From a virus: 64,000 nucleotides of DNA. Made by a program: the position numbers and the translations under genes. Below are positions 20,210-29,731 of this stretch, piece by piece (the stretch's first letter is position 1; every line of letters begins with the position of its first letter). The stretch spans positions 1-64,000 of the IMG/VR virus record IMGVR_UViG_3300030118_004474. One strand, written 5' to 3'. Under the pieces are notes generated by a model, which did not search any database, had not been told where the DNA came from, and saw only the letters and a program-made list of their open reading frames with translations.

Positions 20210-21758
20210 GTCGTTCCCTCATAATCAATCTTTTAGCCGTTAACACATAACCCGCTACGGACACGGCACTTCGTAGCGAGGAACACACAACCCCTGCGGG
20301 GTCAATTACCCTGTATTCGGGGGCATGTAAATACCATTCGTCTTGGATTCCATCGTAGGCATATTCTTGAGAAAGGTTGTGCATTACATTCTCAATAGTG
20401 GTTTCTTCCCCCACACAATTCTTATACAGGGTATTAAAAACTGCAAACAAGGCATTCCTGAATCCAATACGAATATCTAATTCAACATGGGGGTTATTGT
20501 CAATATCATAGTATTTTAACAAAGACAAACCCGAACCCCATGTGTAGCCTGTTTGAATAGCCGAGCGAACTGCATTTAGCGAATCATCTAGTCTATCCTT
20601 TTTGTTGTGGATTTCCTGTTCTGATTCTCCGTGAATTTTGATAATCCCTGCCATTCCATTTAACTTACCCATTCTAGCCAAGTTCTTTTTCTTATGAAAT
20701 TCTGTTTCGGCCATATGAGCATCCTCAACAATTTGTTCGCATCTTTTAGCAACTCTTTTAGCATCAGACGGCTCTCCAATAAATAGTGTATTAGAAGCAT
20801 TAATAACAATTGATTCACATTCACCCAAATGTTCAAGTCGGGCGTGGCGAATATCTTCGTCCAAAGCATTAATGAAATAATGACAATCAAGGAATGTAGC
20901 CAAGTCTCCTAACTTAAGACCAGTCCAAACAGAAATATCCTCGGCCCTAGCAATAGAAGCATCAATAGAACCATTCATGCTATTCACTACAAATTGATTC
21001 AACGCAATAGGACTAATAGATTTAAGCACTAGTAGTAGTGGGCGTTTATTTTCTTTTGCTATTTCTAAAACAGGTAAAATCTCTTCAAAGTCTTTCACCT
21101 CTTGGTCGCTAACCAACACAAGTGGATTTTCCATTCGCATTTCTTTTCCATTAACTTTTTCCAAAACACTATGAATATATCCAGACGTTGTTTCAAAGCC
21201 CTTTACAATTTCCATTTCGTCCTTTCCCGTGTGAGAGGGTTCAACGGTAATTACACCATCCATCCCAATAGAACGAATAATTTGACTAATGCGTAGAGCC
21301 ATCTCTTCGTCGTTGTTTGCACTAATTAGTGCAACAGCATAAATGTTATCAAGTGTAATTTCCGACGCATTAAACGAAATCTCGGATTCTAGAGTTTGCA
21401 TTAACTTCGTGAACTCGCTTCTAATTAGCGTTGGGTTATATCCCTGTTCAATTAGTTTCATTCCTTCCTTAATCAAAGCATTAGCCAACACCGATGCAGA
21501 AGTAGTTCCATCACCGGACTTTTCCTGCGCTCGCTTACAGACTTCAATAAGAAGTTTTGCACCAACCATCTCTTCTTTTGTCAATGAAATGTTTTTAGCG
21601 ATTGTTACACCATCGTTGATAATTAATGGTGGTAAATCATCGGGTCTGTCAATAATAACAGAGTTTCTTGCTGGTCCCAATGTCACGCCGACTACATCGG
21701 CTACTGCTTCTATTCCTTTTACTAGTGTTTCGTTAGTTTCTTCTTCATTATAAATCAT
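20187..21758 (-). CDS. groEL: Group I chaperonin (GroEL-like)
   Basis: VTLGP, INDGVTIAK, GDGTTSA, ISANND, GMDGVITVE and VIDP motifs; GroEL-type apical domain. Confidence 0.9.
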   Translation of the reverse strand: MIYNEEETNETLVKGIEAVADVVGVTLGPARNSVIIDRPDDLPPLIINDGVTIAKNISLTKEEMVGAKLLIEVCKRAQEKSGDGTTSASVLANALIKEGMKLIEQGYNPTLIRSEFTKLMQTLESEISFNASEITLDNIYAVALISANNDEEMALRISQIIRSIGMDGVITVEPSHTGKDEMEIVKGFETTSGYIHSVLEKVNGKEMRMENPLVLVSDQEVKDFEEILPVLEIAKENKRPLLLVLKSISPIALNQFVVNSMNGSIDASIARAEDISVWTGLKLGDLATFLDCHYFINALDEDIRHARLEHLGECESIVINASNTLFIGEPSDAKRVAKRCEQIVEDAHMAETEFHKKKNLARMGKLNGMAGIIKIHGESEQEIHNKKDRLDDSLNAVRSAIQTGYTWGSGLSLLKYYDIDNNPHVELDIRIGFRNALFAVFNTLYKNCVGEETTIENVMHNLSQEYAYDGIQDEWYLHAPEYRVIDPAGVVCSSLRSAVSVAGYVLTAKRLIMRERHELDRRI

Positions 21759-21967
21759 TCTTCTTCCTCTCCTTCGCTACACCCACACCCTATTGTAGTG
21801 CATTCCTTTTCCAATAAATAAAAACGTCCACTTCCTGCATGTCGTATTCTACCAAAATAACCCAGATGCTTAGGATTATTAGGTCTTATTGAAATTCCAC
21901 GAATCATGCTATTAAGTTCAAGCCACGCTATATATTCTAAAAGTTCGGGTGTGGGTATTTGGGTCAT
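21755..21967 (-). CDS. Hypothetical protein
   Basis: GGAGG RBS before MTQIPTP; coupled to groEL. Confidence 0.45.
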   Translation of the reverse strand: MTQIPTPELLEYIAWLELNSMIRGISIRPNNPKHLGYFGRIRHAGSGRFYLLEKECTTIGCGCSEGEEEE

Positions 21968-22076
21968 TCTGTTGCCTCCCATTTCATTGTTAGGTCGCAA
22001 CAAGTCATAATATTTACAATTGGTTGTCGGTTTCGTGGGAAAATCTTTTCACAGCGTTTGCATTTAGCGACCCACA

Positions 22077-22307
22077 TTATTCTTCCTCCCCTACTACGGC
22101 TACAATATCATTTGGTGATACTGCTTCAAATTCTTCACCGTTGAAAGTGAAAAGAAAACTTGACTTATACACTATCAAGTCTCCGACTTCCGTTTGACTG
22201 TTCTTTTCAACCACAACGCCAATATTTTTAGGTTGTCCCCTAACGATACCGCTTTCCGATTGCATTTTTCTTTTCTGTATTATAATATAATCATTTTTTG
22301 TCTTCAT
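22077..22307 (-). CDS. groES: Co-chaperonin GroES-like
   Basis: NDYIII...ESGIV...GVVV...VGDLIVY...DIVAVV pattern; 76 aa; upstream of groEL. Confidence 0.8.
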   Translation of the reverse strand: MKTKNDYIIIQKRKMQSESGIVRGQPKNIGVVVEKNSQTEVGDLIVYKSSFLFTFNGEEFEAVSPNDIVAVVGEEE

Positions 22308-22713
22308 TCTTCTTCCTCCTGTTTTTTTATACATTTTCTACAATATCCCCATTTTGATAGTGTTTCGGGTGGGTCTTGATAACAATTACCACAATATTTA
22401 GGATATTTTCTCATAGCATCACCGCCGCAAACAGCATGAGTGTAATTATATTAACAATCATCACCCCGGTTGCTATCTTATTCATAGCGTGTATATCATC
22501 CTTCATTTTAACTATTTCTTGAAAAATCATATCACCCAATTTAATTAGAGTTTCCATATCTTTTTTCATTATAGTGTTCCTCCGTTTCTTTTAAAGTTAA
22601 GTTATTTAAATAGCCCTCAGATAAAACTGATAGTGGTATTTCCTTTATCAAGTCTCTTACGCCTAATGGAGAACCATTCAGCCATGAAGAAAAGGGCATA
22701 CCTTTTGATTTTC

Positions 22714-23547
22714 TCATGTATAGTCCTCCAATTTATTTAGTGGTCTAACCTTCGGTTTCTCCCTACGTTTCTTTTTAATGCCCAGCAACTTACATTCGTT
22801 ATCAGATAACTTGGTAGCCACATATTCTGCGTATGCTTGGTTGCTTATCAACTTTTTCAAGACATATGTTTCATCAGCCTTGAATCCCAATTTCAAACAT
22901 ATGGACTGGTAGGGATTGTCCTCCTTTCTTTTGGGAGGCACTAATTTACGATAGCCGCCAGCCCATGAATATGCAAATAAAGCATAGAAATAATTCTTGT
23001 TTAAACGATTCATCATTGACGAGACTACCATAAGTTTTTCATTTTCAGGAAATGTCGCAATAGCCCACGATAATAATTGCATAGGCGGCGGTGAAAAATG
23101 CACCAAATCACGATACAATCTATCCCGGTCCTTTGTTTTAATATATACTCCCATCATGTTCCAAATATTATCATCAAATGAAACATATTTTTCGTTGTTT
23201 TTACAAGTTAATATCAAGGACGCTTGGTAGTGATTTTTTGCCCCACACATCTTTACGTCGCAGGCGTTTAGTATTAGTTTTGGGACCGACTTCTTATTAT
23301 GCGAAGTTAGAACTAAGTCAACCCCCGCATGAATTAAGTCCAATATTTTGTCAGTCTGTGGTTTGTAGTTCACTTCCTCAATAATAACCGTGTAGTCCTT
23401 TGGTATAGAGTACGGGTCATCAATCTTAATATCGCTAGCGTAGTAAAAAAGATTAATACCACCCCCCGCTTCAATCGTTGCTTTAGTTGTTTTTCCTGTT
23501 CCCCATTTTCCTACAAATATTTTAGGTCTTTTCCTCATCTTCATCAA
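22714..23547 (-). CDS. Divergent RFC large-subunit-like ATPase
   Basis: GKWGTGKTT, YYASD, IIEEV; basic C-terminus ending in a PIP-like KLEDY. Confidence 0.6.
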   Translation of the reverse strand: MMKMRKRPKIFVGKWGTGKTTKATIEAGGGINLFYYASDIKIDDPYSIPKDYTVIIEEVNYKPQTDKILDLIHAGVDLVLTSHNKKSVPKLILNACDVKMCGAKNHYQASLILTCKNNEKYVSFDDNIWNMMGVYIKTKDRDRLYRDLVHFSPPPMQLLSWAIATFPENEKLMVVSSMMNRLNKNYFYALFAYSWAGGYRKLVPPKRKEDNPYQSICLKLGFKADETYVLKKLISNQAYAEYVATKLSDNECKLLGIKKKRREKPKVRPLNKLEDYT

Positions 23548-23923
23548 TCTTCACCTTAAATGTATATTTACTGTCTTCTTCTAAATGTATTTTTTCTTCA
23601 ACCATTTTCATTAGGTCTTTAAATTTCATCCACCCTTTGTTTTTAGAAGGCACAAAGGATGGAAATATTTCACAAATGCGAAAAATGCTGTGCCTTCTTC
23701 TAATTAGTATCGTATCGGACCTTCGGCCCCGCTCACGAATTATACTATAACTAATGTCCTCGTTGTCAAGCGTTGAACAAATTGCCTCTATCATTTTTTG
23801 AGGAGGTCTTATGTAGACATAAAACCTAGGTTCCCAGCCTCTAGTGCTCCTAACATTAACTATGTGAAACTTACAAGAAGCCGTGGTCAACAAAATGCCA
23901 CTCAATTGTTCTGTTGAATACAT
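23522..23923 (-). CDS. Degenerate LAGLIDADG-fold DNA-binding protein
   Basis: QLSGILLTTASC helix, then PRFYVYI...; overall pattern of single-motif LAGLIDADG proteins but lacking the catalytic DG. Confidence 0.45.
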   Translation of the reverse strand: MYSTEQLSGILLTTASCKFHIVNVRSTRGWEPRFYVYIRPPQKMIEAICSTLDNEDISYSIIRERGRRSDTILIRRRHSIFRICEIFPSFVPSKNKGWMKFKDLMKMVEEKIHLEEDSKYTFKVKIDEDEEKT

Positions 23924-24141
23924 TATACCCCGCCCATATCATCTATGTCAATAGTCCACAAATGAAACTTCTTATGTCCAAATATGAATAAACCCGCTTG
24001 GTCTTTTGGTCCTATGAATGTCTCTCCACATATTAAACAATGAACTCTAACAATTTCATTATATAACCTAATGGATGAGTCGTCTATGATGTCTAGCACA
24101 TTTCCCTCTTGTAGGGGCGAAGATTCCTCAGTTTCCCACAT
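23923..24141 (-). CDS. C2H2-like zinc-finger protein
   Basis: CLICG...HKKFH. Confidence 0.5.
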   Translation of the reverse strand: MWETEESSPLQEGNVLDIIDDSSIRLYNEIVRVHCLICGETFIGPKDQAGLFIFGHKKFHLWTIDIDDMGGV

Positions 24142-24460
24142 ACGTTCTCATGTAATCCCTAAGTGTGGGATTCTTAATAACTTTTGCCATCTTTGGTTGA
24201 ATATTTCTTATAGTTTGTTCAATAGTCTTATTAGTTCCTGACTCCAACTCCTTTTTTAGTTTTTTAGCCGCTTTTTGATAGCGTTTTTGGGCTGGTTCTT
24301 TCCACGCATAAAATGTAGAATAAGGACTAGCCATAAATAGTCCGTGGTCTTCATCTAAAAACTCCCAAATAATTGCCTCAATTAATCGTGTGCGGCACTC
24401 GTCCGCAGTTTTGGGTTCCTCATCGCTATCGTAGGTGGTGTCTAAATATGCTGTCGTCAT
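24128..24460 (-). CDS. Hypothetical protein
   Basis: ORF in the operon. Confidence 0.55.
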   Translation of the reverse strand: MTTAYLDTTYDSDEEPKTADECRTRLIEAIIWEFLDEDHGLFMASPYSTFYAWKEPAQKRYQKAAKKLKKELESGTNKTIEQTIRNIQPKMAKVIKNPTLRDYMRTYVGN

Positions 24461-24702
24461 GCAGACTTCTCCTTATACCTCGGATGATTCTTAGGCAAGC
24501 GATGTAGGCGGCGTTCACTCATATTTTGCATATACTGAGCAACACTAGCAACACTACTAGCCCAACGCTTTTCCGCCACTTCATCATTTTCGGGAACCAT
24601 TTGATACTTTAAGTCAACTAAGGCATTGGCGATTAAATCGCTATCTAACAACACTTGAAGAATTTCATACTCACCGTGAGTGACTGTTCTAATCCTCGTC
24701 AT
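24457..24702 (-). CDS. Hypothetical protein
   Basis: ORF in the operon; start uncertain. Confidence 0.5.
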   Translation of the reverse strand: MTRIRTVTHGEYEILQVLLDSDLIANALVDLKYQMVPENDEVAEKRWASSVASVAQYMQNMSERRLHRLPKNHPRYKEKSA

Positions 24703-24852
24703 CACAACCACAATCCCCGTTTAAATCATCCATAGCCATAATATATCCTGCTAAGGTAAAACATGCCTTTTCAAGTTCAAAACTAAATGTTTTGTTGAAC
24801 TTCTTTGCCTCCTCAGTTAGACGAATGAATTCATCGTAAATTTTTTCTAAAT

Positions 24853-25077
24853 TCATTCTTTCACCTCGTCCTGCATTTTCAAATATCCCAAGCGAACATC
24901 AGCGAGACTAATCCTAGTTGTCGGACCATTTCTTTCTCCTGAAGCAACACCAGTATAACGAACTAGTTGTTTGAGTATTTGCTCACATCTAACTTGTAGT
25001 TCCTCAACTGCTTCCGCCTTGATTCCTCTTCCAGTTTCTTCTTTTACAATTCTTCTAATTTCTCTTACACTAACCAT
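24853..25077 (-). CDS. Histone-fold protein (archaeal HMf-like)
   Basis: 74 aa; IRRIVK-(loop)-IKAEAVEEL long helix-(loop)-TRISLADV parallels HMf IGRIIK..VSDDA...KTIKAEDI. Confidence 0.7.
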   Translation of the reverse strand: MVSVREIRRIVKEETGRGIKAEAVEELQVRCEQILKQLVRYTGVASGERNGPTTRISLADVRLGYLKMQDEVKE

Positions 25078-25490
25078 TTTTTAAACTCTCCTTTGTTATA
25101 AAAAGTTTGGATGCCTGAACTGGTTAAGTTCCAAGCAACCCATAATTGTCCTGTGCCGTAGGATATTTCCATACAAGCCCAGTCCTTCTTTACAGTTCCT
25201 AAATTCTTTACATCTACCATATTTCCATATATCATTCTATACAACATACTAACATGATTAACGTTATCATGTAAATATTGTATTACTAAATGTTCTTGAA
25301 CATTTACCCATTCCTCTTCTGAGTAATATTCTCCCGTCCCCTTACAGATTTTACATTTATTCCCATCACAAATGGGACAAACATACCTTCTATCATAGAC
25401 GGGAAACCTTACTACCTTTTTTAATTCAGCGGGAATTTGTCTGTCTCTACGATTTTCGTCATCACTTCTCTTCCCTGTTTTTTCTCCCAT
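25065..25490 (-). CDS. Protein with a DnaJ-type CxxCxGxG Zn finger
   Basis: CPICDGNKCKICKGTG. Confidence 0.55.
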   Translation of the reverse strand: MGEKTGKRSDDENRRDRQIPAELKKVVRFPVYDRRYVCPICDGNKCKICKGTGEYYSEEEWVNVQEHLVIQYLHDNVNHVSMLYRMIYGNMVDVKNLGTVKKDWACMEISYGTGQLWVAWNLTSSGIQTFYNKGEFKKWLV

Positions 25491-25963
25491 ATCAACCTCT
25501 CCTCTCCACCTAGAACAATTGCTTGGTTTAGAATAGGTCGCCATGTTCTCAACGTTCTCCTATCGGTTCCCGACCAAAAGGCAACTCCAAACGGGTGGGT
25601 ATGAATCCAAGACTTTAGGGGAAGTTTCATTCCTGAAACCATAACTCCTCCGTAGTCAACCAGTCCGGGCGAACCGGAATTCATAAACAGTCTATCATTA
25701 GCGTCAACAATAACGCTTACTTCTAAACCACCTAACACTTCTACCGAGGCCTCCCAAATTTTATCTAAGAATAAAGGGCTTCCTGCGTCAGGCATTCCAC
25801 TAAAAAGCAGATGCCGCCAAGCATCATGTATAGGTTTCTGCCAAACATCGGCAGGAACATCAGTCCATCGTTCATTCAAATTACCTACGGGTTCCTTGAT
25901 ATTATTTCCAAGGAAAAACCCGTGGTAGTCGTTCTCAATTTTTTCTTCCATTTTTTCATTCAT
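25421..25963 (-). CDS. JAB/MPN+ metallopeptidase
   Basis: Upstream E (LEVS) plus WIHTHP...WSGTD (HxH...SxxD JAMM motif). Confidence 0.85.
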   Translation of the reverse strand: MNEKMEEKIENDYHGFFLGNNIKEPVGNLNERWTDVPADVWQKPIHDAWRHLLFSGMPDAGSPLFLDKIWEASVEVLGGLEVSVIVDANDRLFMNSGSPGLVDYGGVMVSGMKLPLKSWIHTHPFGVAFWSGTDRRTLRTWRPILNQAIVLGGEERLIWEKKQGREVMTKIVETDKFPLN

Positions 25964-26151
25964 TCTATCACTTCCATTTCTAATAGTCTTTTTGTTAAGT
26001 ATTGACAATGTTCCGGCAAGGCGTGAACCTGTCCACTTACTCCATATCCGGCAACATAAATAGCGGGTTCTCCCTCAATTATAGTCTGAAAACATAATCG
26101 GCAATAAGTCCGACCTGTTCCCATTTTAACACCAAATGCAACCGCCATCAA
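25960..26151 (-). CDS. Small Zn-finger protein
   Basis: CRLC...H...C (PARP-type spacing). Confidence 0.45.
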   Translation of the reverse strand: MMAVAFGVKMGTGRTYCRLCFQTIIEGEPAIYVAGYGVSGQVHALPEHCQYLTKRLLEMEVIE

Positions 26152-26304
26152 ACAGTCCTCCTGTTCATTCCTCTTCCCCCAAAATTTTTTCTTCTACTTC
26201 CTTTTGTGTTTTCAAATCATTTAGAAGAAACTTGATTTTTCCCTTCCAAGTCTTTCTTTCTTCTTCTGCCATTTCTTCAATGTATTTCCCTTTCTTCATT
26301 TTTC

Positions 26305-26541
26305 TCACTCCAATGGATGGTCAATGTCTTTATCTCCAAGCACCCAACGAAGAGCCTTAACCACGCCCTCCAATGCTTTGTAGTTCCTCATGTGGTACAT
26401 CCGTTTCTTCTTCGGCCCGTCCAACATGGACATGTAGTGTGAGTTCTGTTTGCGCTCGGCCTTATCCAGCATGGTTTCAATATCATGCCAAGTTTTATCA
26501 TAAGCGAAGTGTTCGCTGTCTTGGTGGTCGCTCATTGTCAT
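26305..26541 (-). CDS. Hypothetical protein
   Basis: GGAGG RBS; ALEGVVKALRWVLG helix. Confidence 0.6.
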   Translation of the reverse strand: MTMSDHQDSEHFAYDKTWHDIETMLDKAERKQNSHYMSMLDGPKKKRMYHMRNYKALEGVVKALRWVLGDKDIDHPLE

Positions 26542-26623
26542 TCTTCTTCCTCCTTTAAAATGGATGGGTATTCATCGGTATATATCAACCTATCAGCAAT
26601 CCATTGTATGATTTGTTTCCTGT

Positions 26624-26782
26624 TCATGCGCTCCACCCATTTACAATCTCGGCGTGTTCTTCGCAACAAGCAAAACCTTCGGGGATTTCAATACCGTGAG
26701 TCATGCAGGATGGTTCACCACACACATCACAGGTGATATAGTAGGGAGACTCAAGTTCAATTTTACAGGTCTTACACTTCAT
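26624..26782 (-). CDS. 52-aa AN1/B-box-like zinc-finger protein (not in the ORF track)
   Basis: Manual translation MKCKTCKIELESPYYITCDVCGEPSCMTHGIEIPEGFACCEEHAEIVNGWSA; purine-rich RBS upstream. Confidence 0.6.
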   Translation of the reverse strand: MKCKTCKIELESPYYITCDVCGEPSCMTHGIEIPEGFACCEEHAEIVNGWSA

Positions 26783-27011
26783 TCTTCTTCCCCCGAATAA
26801 TCTTTTAATACCCTATGTATAATCTCGGACATAAGCCCTATAAACACAATCATAACCGTTAGTGTAATTACAGGGTTCATTCTTCTTCACCTAATCCTCT
26901 GAATCGTCGCCATAGTGCATATAGATACCTCCCTGCAACTGCTAGCACTAATAAGTCTAAAAGGATTCCTACTGTAATAAATATCATCATTTCTGTTTCC
27001 ATGTCTTCACC

Positions 27012-27563
27012 TCAAATACTCAACTGAATATGTTTCTTGACATCTTCACCAGCAAACCAACGCTGAATCCATTGTGCTCCCATACCAGCAATAGCAACGT
27101 GGGTAAAGTGAATATCCCCTGCGGAACCATCCCAACTATCACCTTGGCAACTAAACGAACCATCAGGTCCAACATTCAACATAGAAAGAATGTTTGGGTC
27201 TTCTTCGTAAGAAACCAATAACCCGTTTCTTCCCTGTGCTCTTAGGTCAAGCCAAGACATGCCCGTTTTGTAAAGCATCTGTCGCACAGCCAAATTATCT
27301 GCACAACAAACCACTAGGTCGTAGTTTGAAATTTGATTCTGCGTTAGCACCTTGTAAGGTTGTGGGATAACATAGGGCCAACCTGCAAAGCAAGAAACCT
27401 TGTGTTTATCCAGCATACTGTCAGTAAAATTTTGATAGGTCAAATTCTTTTGTTCTACGGTGTCCGGGTCAAAGACCGTTAACTCATAGATACCAGTTCT
27501 AGCCAAACAAGGAATCAAATGTGAACCTATTCCTCCTGCTCCAATTATCAATACTTTTCTCAT
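27012..27563 (-). CDS. ThiF/E1-like Ubl-activating enzyme
   Basis: IIGAGGIGS, DPDTVEQKNLTYQ, CADN...R, and candidate catalytic Cys in SFSCQ. Confidence 0.9.
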   Translation of the reverse strand: MRKVLIIGAGGIGSHLIPCLARTGIYELTVFDPDTVEQKNLTYQNFTDSMLDKHKVSCFAGWPYVIPQPYKVLTQNQISNYDLVVCCADNLAVRQMLYKTGMSWLDLRAQGRNGLLVSYEEDPNILSMLNVGPDGSFSCQGDSWDGSAGDIHFTHVAIAGMGAQWIQRWFAGEDVKKHIQLSI

Positions 27564-28204
27564 ATTATTTCCTCCAATTTTTTATTATATTTTAGCACGG
27601 TTTGTCTGCTAATATAGAAAGCCCGTGCAACTTTCCTTAGCGATAAATTCGTCGTCCTATAAACACAAGCAGACAATATATTCATGTTTATGTCAATTTT
27701 TTTAGATAACGCCCCTACAAAACTACCTATTGTTTTACATTCTTCTTCATCTAAATTAAGCGGTAGATTTCTTAGTAAGGCTTCCCATTCAGGCGGCCTA
27801 TAAATTTCTGTTTCTTTTAGTCTCCCAAGTAGCGTCTTTACTGTTTTAGGGCGGACGCCCATATATGCACAATAATGTTTTAGTCTAGATACTTGGTTAG
27901 TATTACCCATGTATATGTGTAGGGATAAAACCGCTAGTGTATTTGAAGTATATCTGCTACTTCTGTATAGATTGATATAACTACTTCGGTATATTCTTTT
28001 TACCGCCTCTATGTCTTCTACTCCGTATTCTCTACAAAGTATAACCAAGTCAACCATTTCTCTATCTACGGGTTTCTCACTTAAGGAAACCGAATATATT
28101 CTTGGAACCACGAACGAACCACACTCACGACATTTTATTGCCTGAGAGCCAGTCAATAACATTTTTTGTGGACGGTTTGAAGTTCTGCAAACTAAGCACT
28201 CCAT
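27560..28204 (-). CDS. tfb: Transcription factor B (TFIIB)-like protein
   Basis: N-terminal CxxC...CxxC Zn ribbon and two cyclin-like repeats ending in an HTH (LSACVY..SLRKVARAFYISRQTV); GAGGAGG RBS. Confidence 0.7.
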   Translation of the reverse strand: MECLVCRTSNRPQKMLLTGSQAIKCRECGSFVVPRIYSVSLSEKPVDREMVDLVILCREYGVEDIEAVKRIYRSSYINLYRSSRYTSNTLAVLSLHIYMGNTNQVSRLKHYCAYMGVRPKTVKTLLGRLKETEIYRPPEWEALLRNLPLNLDEEECKTIGSFVGALSKKIDINMNILSACVYRTTNLSLRKVARAFYISRQTVLKYNKKLEEII

Positions 28205-29489
28205 CTTTGAAATCCTCCTCAAATCTTTTTTTACCAAAGTATTTATCATAACCTCTTAGGGTAGAAACACTATCAATGTTCTTTTTATCATTTATTAGAA
28301 CCATCACCCTAGAGGCTATTTGGTCGCCAACACTAACCCGTGATTCGGTTTGGTCAATACAGATACTACCTAGACTACGATATAGGTTTTTACCGTCCGA
28401 ATAAATTTGTGATGAAAAGTAATCTTCGGTATTATTGATTTGAATTCTATAAGTCTTAGACAACAACTTTTGCCAACTTTCAAACGATTCCTTATCCCCA
28501 TGTTTTGCGAATACCTTTAACGCTGTTAGCATCTTTTCGTCATCTTTAGGAATGATGTGTTCTAAGCATATAGTCTGAACATCTTGTCTTCCAGTCACAA
28601 CATGTTTTCCTTTTTCATGTCTAGTTATCACCATCCAACATGCTCCCGGTCCACGAACATAAAGACCGTGAGAAGCACCGGGACGACCAGTATTGACTGT
28701 TAATTCGTGAACGTTAGGAAACGACTTGTGAAGTTTTTCTACAAGTTCCATGCTTCTTTTCGTCACTAAATTAGTAGACTTATTTTGAATCATAAATGCT
28801 TCAATTATCTTTTCTTGAGAATCAGTTAAAAATTTACCCGTTGATTGATGATATAGGTTCTGAAAAGGTATTGCCGTGTATTTGTTGTGAGAACCCTGAC
28901 ATGCTCTTATGAACATAACTGCTTGTTTAAAGGGCATTTCAAACCATATATCGGTATAGAGTTGAATCGCTACTGAATCTGGCCCAGTTCTCTCTAAATC
29001 CAACAGAGTCTCTACTCGCTCCTTTTTTGATGTAAAAAAGGTATATTTAATTTTATTAACCATCGCAGAAGTAATTTCCGTAGGGGTTTCCATAAAATTA
29101 CACACATCGTCATCAATTTCTTCGCTATCTTTATACTTGGGCATCTTGTAAATGATAATTTGTAGTAGTCTTACCAAGTTTTTTAGAGAAATCTTATCCC
29201 CGTTAATAAAATATGAACGGCCCTTTTTTGCTATCCTAACATTTTTTGTTGATTCTAAATCACCCATAACACAAAAAGCAAGTTCACCGTGTAGGAATCC
29301 CTTGATTGTTCTAGTGAAACTTTTGTCGTCTAATGCTGAGGTATCAAAATTATTTCGTCTATATCTATATCTATATCCCCTACTAGGGTTTGGGTTAACC
29401 CAACCATTTTTATTAGTAAATACTATTGGGTTTCCTACTCTTTGGCCTCTTCTTCCCCTAAAATGTATTGTAGTTTTTATTGGTGTCAT
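28125..29489 (-). CDS. Large protein with a C-terminal E2/UBC-like catalytic motif
   Basis: LGSICIDQ...SVGDQIASRVMVLIND resembles the E2 active site (GSICLD...L..LL.D); two genes upstream of E1. Confidence 0.45.
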   Translation of the reverse strand: MTPIKTTIHFRGRRGQRVGNPIVFTNKNGWVNPNPSRGYRYRYRRNNFDTSALDDKSFTRTIKGFLHGELAFCVMGDLESTKNVRIAKKGRSYFINGDKISLKNLVRLLQIIIYKMPKYKDSEEIDDDVCNFMETPTEITSAMVNKIKYTFFTSKKERVETLLDLERTGPDSVAIQLYTDIWFEMPFKQAVMFIRACQGSHNKYTAIPFQNLYHQSTGKFLTDSQEKIIEAFMIQNKSTNLVTKRSMELVEKLHKSFPNVHELTVNTGRPGASHGLYVRGPGACWMVITRHEKGKHVVTGRQDVQTICLEHIIPKDDEKMLTALKVFAKHGDKESFESWQKLLSKTYRIQINNTEDYFSSQIYSDGKNLYRSLGSICIDQTESRVSVGDQIASRVMVLINDKKNIDSVSTLRGYDKYFGKKRFEEDFKDGVLSLQNFKPSTKNVIDWLSGNKMS

Positions 29490-29731
29490 TCATCCACCTC
29501 CGAGTAGTAGATTTGTTCAGAAAGGTAACCATCGCAAATCTGAGTAAGTTTCTCTTGAATCTGTTTAGCAATAGCAGGTATAGTATTCCTGTGTAGGGCC
29601 AACCAAATTCTCTCTGTTTCATTCATTATGATTGTAATGCCGGTGCTACCCTTTTTAGTAATCACCATTGGTGGCATATCATTATCACGAACTATTTTAT
29701 ATTCAATAGTTTTTTCTGTCATTTCTTTCAC
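29486..29731 (-). CDS. Hypothetical protein
   Basis: ORF in the operon. Confidence 0.5.
   Translation of the reverse strand: MKEMTEKTIEYKIVRDNDMPPMVITKKGSTGITIIMNETERIWLALHRNTIPAIAKQIQEKLTQICDGYLSEQIYYSEVDE

Noticed and set aside
27012-27563. ThiF as a thiamine or molybdopterin biosynthesis gene
   Set aside because: No ThiG, MoaE or thiolase partners in the window; it lacks the CxxC Zn pairs; JAB and E2-like neighbours fit conjugation better.
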